From Octopus vulgaris (Eukaryota), in assembly GCA_951406725.2 (NCBI GenBank), contig OX597826.1, positions 37,572,001 through 37,636,000 of the forward strand: DNA of 64,000 nt, read 5' to 3'. Positions 55,163-64,000 of this stretch are shown here, one piece after another. The position numbers and the translations under genes are program-made. Below the pieces are notes generated by a model. The model saw only the letters and a program-made list of their open reading frames with translations. It had not been told where the DNA came from and made no database searches. How positions within the stretch are numbered: position 1 is the stretch's first letter; the number at the start of each line of letters is the position of its first letter.

Positions 55163-56257
55163 CTGGGTGCGGTGAATAAATTGTCATCTAAATTACGCAT
55201 GAATGAAAATAACACTGACTTCACATTGGACTTCGTAATCTCCCGCAACTCTTTTGGACGGTCTCCTTAATTTGGTGTATGCTGCTATAATCCCTGCCTT
55301 CAGTTCATCTTTGGTGCTACAAGGAGTTCTCTTGGTCTCTCGCTCAACTGACACCCCTCACATAATAATGAAGGGGGTTGAAGTCTGGAAGAGCTAGGTG
55401 GCCAAATGTTATGGGAATGTGGACGCAGAAATTTCTGACAGCCATGAACGGGCTCTCCTGCTCGTGTAGCATCGTGCAGAATCCTGTTGCCGCCCTCTTG
55501 ACCCAGGGCAGTGCTACTTCCTCCAGGAACTTGATGTAGGCTTCCCTGTTGAGCACTTGATGTAGGTCATCACTAATGGTCACTCCAAACATCATGATGT
55601 TGAATAGAAGTTTGGGATTTATCAGGCAAGCCAACGATTGTTCTGTGCGTTCACCATCTGTTCCTGGTACAAATTGTTCTCTATCTGAGAGAAACCAAAG
55701 CATGTTCAGTTGGAGGGGATGCTTGAGTTTGTCCAAAAGTTATTTAGCGCGGTCTCTCCCTATTGTCCTTCATGGTTTAGGATAGAAAATTGGCCCTTTT
55801 TCTTCTTGTATGAGGATTACCGAATGTCTTCATGCACGACCTGCTTGATAAGAAACTCAAACACTCCCTGGTGATGAACCTGATTGACTTGGAAGGAACG
55901 TTGTCAATCATGACCTAGATCGCACCAACAAATTCTTGAGTTCTTTTCTTATCAGAACCATCAGAGTGAGTTTTCCGAGCCGCTTCGTAATCACCATTAG
56001 ACTCATCCAATTCTTTCCGAATGATCTGCACTATCCTCAGATTGACATCCAAATACTCTGAAATGTTCGTATTAGAGTTTCCGGCGCGAATGCCATGTAA
56101 AACAGCATGTCGTTTCCAAATTTCTGAGTGATGTGCTGTTTTTCTTACAGACGGTGCCCAACTGACCCTACTATACTCTGTAGTCGCCAATATCAAAACA
56201 AAGTGCATGTGCGAAAATAAAAACATAAAATCGTGACAATCTACCCATCGCACCTTG
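55163..56257 (-). mobile_element. Decayed Tc1/mariner-superfamily transposon (maT/DD37D-like) with TIRs and TA TSD
   Basis: TIRs are TA|ctgggtgcggtgaataaattgtca and TA|caaggtgcgatgggtagattgtca. The minus strand encodes KRHAVLHGIRAG..., LWFLSD, IMMFGV, YIKFLEEVALPWV, IWPPSS and DFNPLHYYV across frameshifts. Confidence 0.88.
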
Positions 56258-56313
<56 letters not shown>

Positions 56314-56363
56314 ACTTATGAGAACTTAGTTCTCTTCAGGAACAGAGGTGGTGGTGGCAGCAA

Positions 56364-56436
<73 letters not shown>

Positions 56437-59377
56437 AGTAGCAGCAGCAGCAGCAGAAGAAGGAGGAGGTTCCATCCCACGTCCACTTACGTCCGCGGAT
56501 ATTTCTATTGATTTCGCACGTTTCTTTCTGATAATTCATTTTAACAAATCCGTCCTGCTTCATTCTTCCTCGTTTTTTTTTTTTAACATCTTTTTTATAT
56601 CTCGTTCTCCCTGTTTTTCCTTCCTCGTTTTTCTTTACACATTTCTTTCTCTCTACTTCACTTACTCTTGTGTTTATTCATTTATTTAGTCTTTTTTTAT
56701 TTTCATATATGTTTTGTTTTTACTTTCTCTTAAAAAATATAATTCAATTCATTTTGGTAAACATACTTTAAACAATGTTACCCCTAAATAGACAGAGAAA
56801 TATACACACATACATGCATGCACTTACACACACCGACGTACACACATGCACATATATATATATATATATATATTTATACACATAAGTATACATACATACA
56901 TATGTGTGTGTGTGTGTGTGAGTGTGTGTGCTTGTGTGTGTGTGTATGTGTATGTGTGTGTGTGAGTGTGTGCTTGTGTGTGTGTGTGTGTTATATACTT
57001 GTGAGTATATTATGGTAAAATAAAGGCAAAAATTCTCTATAATTCTCAAATGTGAATATCAGAGAAAAATAGTTGTATTCTTTAGAAAAGAATAATTTTA
57101 CAGCTTCTACTCTTCAATTTACGAACGAAAAGCGGGGTGGGTACAATATCATGAAAGTCCATCTGAAAAATACGTAGTCTTGCAAATAATGCGTTACCAA
57201 TCTATGAAATGTCTTTCTATTGCAAACCCAGACTAGTTCTTTGAATCTCCCTCACATTAGCCTTCTTCAATTTCACTGTGTGTCTAGTGAAATAGAAATT
57301 AAGAAGAACAAAACATTACAACACGATCCTAATAGACATTTCTAGTGAATTTCCATTGAGTCTTTTGTTGTTGATACTGTTATAATAGTTTCATAGATTT
57401 TACTATCGAATATAAAATAAAATGTCCTTTTTTTATTTTTTATTTTTCAAATTTTTCTCTTATGTCTATTGTTTTGTTGCTGCTAATGTTGTTATTTTTA
57501 TGTATTCTGTTCATGAATAATGTGAGTTGAGTTTTTTTTTCTATTATTTTCTATATATCTTTTCGCTTCCTTTTCAATTTACTCTGTTGCTGTCCATTTT
57601 GTTTGTGTTTAACTGCCTATTAAGTAACAAATCTATCAGAACACTGAATTATTATAATTAGCGGTGTTTTCTTGTTTTTCGCTTTTTGTTTAGATTTTTA
57701 TTTTTCTTAAAAGGCCACTGTATGAATATACAAAATTGGGCAAACCAATTTTTAATATCATAAAATAAAAACATAATAAAAACAGACATATTTTAAATGG
57801 ACGAATATCTTCAGTGGTAAGTGTAGCAAGAGCCAAGACGAAATAATATAATTTACATTGTGTTCACTGTCAAATGAATAAAATATACACAAAACCGTCT
57901 TTTAGAAGTTATGTAAAAAATTTGAAGAGCGGTTCAGTTTTATCGTCTGTGAATGTATTTTGTTTTATAGGCTAAAGTATGAAAAGAATCTCGATGCAAG
58001 TTGTTAGTATTTGTTTATAAAGAAGGAACAACACCCACAAAATATGTAATTCATACACTTTGGTCAGGAGAATAAAATGAATCGTAGATACCATTAAACA
58101 GATGGGTTCTAAGGTGTAAGATTTTAACTACCTGGTTGATGAGTTTTCTTTGAAAATCTTTGTACATTTCTCTACCAAGTCATTTATCTGTTGATTAACG
58201 TGTTTGGTAAAGCAAACGCGAGAAATAGGCTGACAATATATAAGCAATGATATTCGAAACACACTTCGAGATAGTGTTCGTTCAGTGTGCATCGATGTTT
58301 GTTTCTTTGGTCAAAAGATTTGTAAGGAAACGCAACCATTTTCATGTAGTCACGTGATATGTGTATCGTTTCACGTGAGAAAACATACTGCGTCCCTCTC
58401 TGTTCCATGTGCAGAACTGAGTACATATTAACTTAATCTGCCAAAACATTTATATTCTGTTATTTAATAATTTGTAATTAGAAGCATTCTGCGATTCTTG
58501 CCATTGTCCTGTCCAGACAGTAACCAAATCAATTCAAGATTAAATATTGATGTCTCCACGTGACCTGGTCTCAAATGTAAGCATTCTCAACTGGAAATCA
58601 GTCGAATATTGTCAGCTGCAACGCACGTGAAGTCCAAACTTCTGGTGCTAAGTCTATTCCAGCTGTACTACAAGTCAATTATAGCACAATGCAACATGTC
58701 ATTCGTATTATCACATTCTCTGTCTAAAAACTAATATCTTTAGACAATGACGAATACATACATCGTTATTCTAAATGTCTCAAGGTGTCAATATGTTTTG
58801 AGAGTTGCTGCTTTCTGGACAGGACGATGTCATGGATGACAACAAAATGTCGAGAGATTATTTCTCAAGAATTTTCAAAGGGTTCTATGTATTTATTTTA
58901 TTTTCTTCCAGTTATCTGCAAGAGACACAATATCATATTAAACGAATGCTTTAAAAATTTACATTGAGGAATGAGAAAGTATTGCTATAGGGAGGTATTC
59001 TTCTTGTCAAAGTTTTATGTATTAATATTAAACAAAGTTTTGCTCAGTTATTGCCACATATCCATCTCCGCTTCAGTCGTTTGAACAAAATGAAGTTATA
59101 AAATTGTGAGAGCTTCACACCCCAACGATATATACTTTGCATTTTGACATTACGTATTTTATATTATATATATCTATATAATAAAAATGTGTGTGTCCGC
59201 GTGTGTGTCTCCACCTATAGAAAGAAAAACTACAGTTTAGATACAGACACTCAAAGCTCATTCTTGTGTAAAAGTTCACAACCAAGACAGCACCGAGTTT
59301 CTAATGGTACTCCGAAGGGAACTACTGGCTCTTTTCCAACATGTACAAAATGGCATTTCAAAAATAAATGGTCTAAG

Positions 59378-59970
59378 TTTTTTTATAGGTTTCAGCTCAA
59401 AGCTGCGGCCATGCTGGGGGCACCACCGTTTTGCTACACTGTTATTATTGAGAGCTCTCTTCGATACGTGACATTTGGTAAGTAATGGAGTTTGACGTCG
59501 CTGCTCTAATTTGCGCCTCCAGCCGCGAGGTAGGTTAGTCTGGTACTCTCGACAGGAAGAGATCCAGTTCTGTTTTGAAAACATCTACATCCACTTTGTA
59601 GATTAAAAAACTGTGAGCCCTATAAATCCAGGCTGTTGCAGTCACTGGTCCCTAAGTGCGACGGCATTGTTGGGATTTTGGCACTGTTCAGTGGCAACCC
59701 GTTCTGGCATTTGTGTAGCTTTTAATGCTAAAATTTGGCACAATACCTTCCAGAAGCTTCCAGATGCATATTACTACATTTCTCTTTCACGTTCACTCCA
59801 TAGAGTGGAGTCTTATTTGTTTCAGTCTTTTCACAGTAACTGAGCTGTTGCAATGAGACGATCTTCTTTGTGAAGGTTTGCTGGACTGCTTCAAGGTCCG
59901 CTGATAATTTTACACTGTGGTGTGACCATAGTTGGGAGCAGTAGTCCAGGCTGGTGAGGACGAATGTCGC
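59378..59970 (-). mobile_element. CR1-clade LINE 3' fragment nested in the Helitron
   Basis: Minus strand encodes TFVLTSLDYCSQLWS...DLEAVQQTFTKKI, IWKLLEGIVPNF, VDVDVFKTELDLFLSRVPD*P and AATSNSI. The 3' end is ggtggtgcccccagcatggccgcagctttgagctgaaacct plus an A run. Confidence 0.88.
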
Positions 59971-60044
59971 TCTGTGTGACTGTGTCTGGTGTGTCTGTGT
60001 ATAACTGTAATAATCTCTATAACTTTATATTGCTATAGGAAAAA

Positions 60045-61860
60045 GAGGAGCCGATGTTGAGGGTCATCCAAGTATAAAATTATTTGAATCGACAAAAGCG
60101 GAAGGGTTTACTCTGTGCATCCGTGTCACTATGAATGGTTCTTTTTGAGGATGCTTCTTCATGAAATAAGAGGACCGACTTTCTTCTCCTTCCTTACAAC
60201 GATTGACGGTCACACTGCTCGTATTTATAGAGAAGCCTGTTTTAGCCTAAAATTTGTAAGAAGATGACAGAGGGATAGAACAATGGCTGAGTCTTCAGTG
60301 ACACACGCACCTATTTCTTTGAGAGATGTTTTTGCAATTCTTCTCCTGAATTGTAAAGCGTTGTGACACAATTATAAGAATAATTTATCAGAAGACTACA
60401 AATATCAAACAGAATTAAGATTCCCTGAGACAGAAATAGCATTCAACGATGACGTATATAATTCTGCATTGGTTGATACTGAAGATCGCGTTGAGGAGTT
60501 CAGCAAGTTTGGCTTACCTGGAACTCATCGACATGAGGTGAATAATTTGATCACAGAGGTTTTGCGAGAAGATTCATATGTTATTGATTCATTAACAAGA
60601 TTCCTTGAAGAAAATGTCCCGAAACTTTTACCAGGCCAACTTCTTGCATATACGGCAATCATTGGCCAAGTGACACATAAGAGAGGAGGATTATATTTTT
60701 TTAAAGCACCAGGTGTAAATGGAAAAACTTTTGTTACAAATTTAGTACTAGCCAAAGTCTGACAGAAAAAGGAAATAGCCTTAGCTGTAACGAACTCTGG
60801 AATTGCTGTGACTTTACTCTCAGGAGGTCGCACAGCTCATGTAGCGTTCAAGCTGTCACTCAATCTAACTTCAAGTGATGAATCTGTCTGAAATATTAGT
60901 AACAGTTCTTCTTTAGCTCACGTTCTCATGAAATGCTCTTTGTTTATATAGGAGCGAATATAGGATGTCCCATAAAAATCAGTAGAAGCTGTTACTAGAA
61001 TGCTGCAGGATTAGCGCAATTCACGTTGTTTGATGAGAGGAGTGACAATAGTACTTTCAGGTGATTTCAGAAACATTTTGCCAGTTGTTCCCTGGGGAAC
61101 AAAGCGGGTGAATTGAAAGCGTGCTTGAAATCTTCTGTTTTATGGAAACATATCAAAGCTTTCTACAAATATGAGGGCACATTAACATGGAGATCATCTG
61201 TTGGAGCAGTTTTCCCATACTATTTTGCAACTTGGAGAAGGAAGGCTAGATATCAATCATGAATTCATCAAAAGTCTGCACCTTGGTCAGCTCAGTTGAA
61301 GAACTTATTGAAAACGTTTTTCCAAGTATAATTTCAAATTACACAAATACTACTTGATTGTACAAAAGAGAAATCATAGCACCAAAGAACGTTACGAAGG
61401 ATAATTTAAATTAAAGACTCGAGAAACTTTTACCGAGAAGAATCAGGAATAGTCAATTACCCAGTTGAGTTCTTAAACTCCATGCAACCACCAGGAGCTC
61501 CACTTCATTGCCTTCCATTGAAAATAGGTGCTCCAGTCATGCTTTTGGGCAATCTTTCTCAACCAAAGCTGTGCAATAGCACGACTTGTGAAGAAATTAA
61601 TGAGAAATGTCATACAGGCCACAAAAATTTCCGGTTGTGGAAAAGGCGAAGTTGTTTTCATTCCTCGCTTACCTTTAATAACCTCTAATATGCCCTTCGA
61701 GCTCAAATAACTTTAATTTCCAATACGTCTGTCTTTTGCGATGTTCATTAATAAGTCCCAAGGTCAGACTCTGAACGCTGCTGGTTTGCAATTAGAAGAG
61801 GACTGTTTATCATACGGTCAGTTATATGTTGGGTCATCAAGTGGGGATCAAGAAGAATAT
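60045..61860 (+). pseudogene. Helitron RepHel PIF1-family helicase pseudogene
   Basis: RVYSVHP..EWFFLRMLLHEIRGPT..YREAC, FKAPGVNGKTF (Walker A), [44 protein letters not shown] and FPIRLSFAMFINKSQGQTL, YGQLYVG; many stops and frameshifts. Confidence 0.95.
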
Positions 61861-62133
61861 TTTCCTTTTTGGCCCTACTGGTAAATTCGAAACATTGTCT
61901 ATAAAGAAGTTTTTTTTTTACCATGGGATCAACAAACTAAAATTTGAAGAACTGATATTGTCAACGTCAGACTATATTCGTCTAAGAAAAGCTATTTGTA
62001 TTCTTGATTGTTGCTCAATATATCATAGTACATATAGAAAATATCAATATTTCTAAATCTCTATAAACGAGACTACGGTAGCAGTACTGGATATTAATAG
62101 TTATCGTCAAGCTAACAGACAGCCAGCCTGCTG

Positions 62134-62196
62134 GGTTCAGCTACTTTATATTGAAAAGGGGCAATTACCCCGAAACTAGTCTGTAGCTGTTGAACC
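62134..62196 (+). ncRNA. Hammerhead-like fold with degenerate CUGANGA
   Basis: ggttcagctac...atattga-aaa-gggg(caatta)cccc-GAAA-ctag-TC-t-gtagctgttgaacc. Confidence 0.5.
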
Positions 62197-62380
62197 ACCA
62201 AGGGGAAGCTGCTGACCTCCACTGTTCGAAGGTTGTAATGGACACAGGTTTGTGTTACATAGCAAGCCAGAGGACTAACATGGACTGCCATGTTAGCTTT
62301 ACGATAACTATTGACCGCGTGTGTACCGTTGGCGATTTTTTTCCTCTGTCTTCCCTTCTCTGGATCTTTCCTTCTCCTAT

Positions 62381-62415
62381 GTTTCCGACGAAGAGCTCCG
62401 CTCGAAACGTTAAAC
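62381..62415 (+). ncRNA. Minimal Penelope-type hammerhead (U4>C variant) within the short repeat 62325-62514
   Basis: gttt-CcGACGA-a-gagc(tcc)gctc-GAAA-cg-TT-aaac, with palindromic aacgtt in place of stem III. Confidence 0.65.
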
Positions 62416-62530
62416 CCTCCTTCTTTCCTTCTTTCCTGAGCGTCCAATAATACTATATTTGATCCACGTCCTCGCGTTGTTGTGTTTTTCTGTGCTTTTT
62501 TGTTTGGATTAACTATATATATATATATAT

Positions 62531-62575
<45 letters not shown>

Positions 62576-64000
62576 CATATATACATATATAGGTATGTAT
62601 GTGTATATCTTTATACGTATGTATATATATACATGTGTAAATATATATACATATATGTATGCGTATGTGTGTTTGCGTGCGCGCGCGTATCCGGCGGCAC
62701 ACTTCTGACTTTTTGCATATTATGATTATTGTGTAAGTCTTGGCTTCCTGAAAATACCATCGAGATAAGGCGTTACACAATTTCTTTATATTTCCTTTCT
62801 CTGTAGTTTATGTGCTCTCTGTAAATATAACAAACTTAAATTCCGTTTATCTACCTTACTATTCTACATAGACAGGAAGGCAGAGAGACAGGCAGACAAA
62901 TAGTCAAATAGAGAGAGATCTACGAATCCGTGAAATAATTTTACAAGACTACTTGACTACTAGTAATGTGACTGATAAAATCAACACTAGTAAACAACTA
63001 AGTATGGTACCACTGGTATTCCACAAACTTATGTCCCTAATATCAACTACTTTGGTATATATAAATATTATCATAAAGTATATACCGAACGAAGATTTAT
63101 TAATAGGAGGCAAGGAACAGGCGTTTAAAGATATTCAGATTAACTTCCTTGTAAATTCTAATTCTTTAACAATACTTAGCGGTTCCGAAAAAGAAATTCC
63201 CCTTGCTTATGACAGCAATTTGAATTCAATTTTAATTATAGTGCTCTTCTTTAAAAAGATACCGGAACCGGAAACCAGTCAACATTTACACAACAAACAT
63301 TTTACTACGCTTTGTAATCCATGATATCTAAGTCTCAGAAACTAATATATGGTGCGTTCTCGGTTTCTTTCAAAAGATAAATCTTCAGTTAATCGAGCGA
63401 TTTAATCTCTATTAGTGCAACATGAAAGTAGTTGAGTATTCGGTAGAAAGTTGTACTTAATTATTTTGTTGAATCATGTTACACAATATGACAAGTGTAA
63501 ATGTATAAATTACACAAACGTTCCAGAGACTAAGGGAGAGATAGGGAGACATGGGGTGAGAAGAATACAGAGCAAGAGATGTAGAGCTATAGGGGGGAGA
63601 GGGGGGAAAAAGAGAGAGATGGATAAATGTGTGGGGGAGAGTGAGAGAATGAGGAAATATACTTTTATGTATACATACCTAAGAATTTATGATAACATCT
63701 TAGAGAAATATTTAGGGAGAAGATATGAGTATATACAACAGATACTGGGCTGTCTGGGATGAGATTGCAGAAAACCAGCAAGTCCCGAGAAATAGATAAC
63801 TTTGTAGGTATTATCCGGAGGAAAGCATAAGAAGACAGCCGATCTGTTGGCTGGAGTGCGGATTGTGTTAGTGAGTAGCTTTATGATAAGCATCCCGACG
63901 GTTTTTTCCCCATTAAGAATAAGATGTCTATGCGCGTGGGAGCAACATAGTCCCAGGAGTGGGAGAAATATTCCATTATGGTCTTTACTGGAACTTTCTA

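Larger units (their letters stand above)
59173..62100 (+). mobile_element. Internally deleted Helitron
   Basis: 5' A|TCtatataataaaaatgtgtgtgtcc terminus and a RepHel helicase remnant at 60045-61860. No clean 3' hairpin/CTAG is visible, so the right boundary is uncertain. Confidence 0.65.

Noticed and set aside
60045-61860. Host PIF1 helicase gene
   Set aside because: It is intronless, full of stops and frameshifts, and carries the Helitron-specific upstream linker (LRMLLHEIRGPT).
62953-63324. 123-aa ORF as a host exon
   Set aside because: No recognisable domain, background AT-rich composition and no supporting neighbouring exons.

Overview
AT-rich, microsatellite-saturated eukaryotic DNA that is intergenic or deep intronic. 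The repeat families strongly resemble those of octopus/coleoid cephalopod genomes (inference from family resemblance). No intact host protein-coding gene, tRNA, rRNA or CRISPR array is supported; the long ORFs are simple-repeat artefacts or decayed transposon frames. The window contains five Dong/R4-clade (RT + REL endonuclease) retrotransposon fragments beside (TAA)n or related triplet arrays, RTE, CR1 and L1/Tx1 LINE remnants, three Tc1/mariner elements (one a fold-back made of two 5' ends), a decayed PIF1-type Helitron, a non-autonomous Helitron, a Helentron-type element and many SINEs. The most interesting signal is a set of dispersed type I hammerhead ribozyme folds: complete cores at 48137-48224 (+) and 53487-53539 (-), and near-complete or decayed ones at 62381, 62134, 25785 and 27502. 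Most lie in short non-coding units beside microsatellites, one of them between 338-bp-spaced direct repeats, which suggests Penelope-dependent retrozyme-like elements. All alignments and folds were done by eye, and element boundaries are approximate unless stated.
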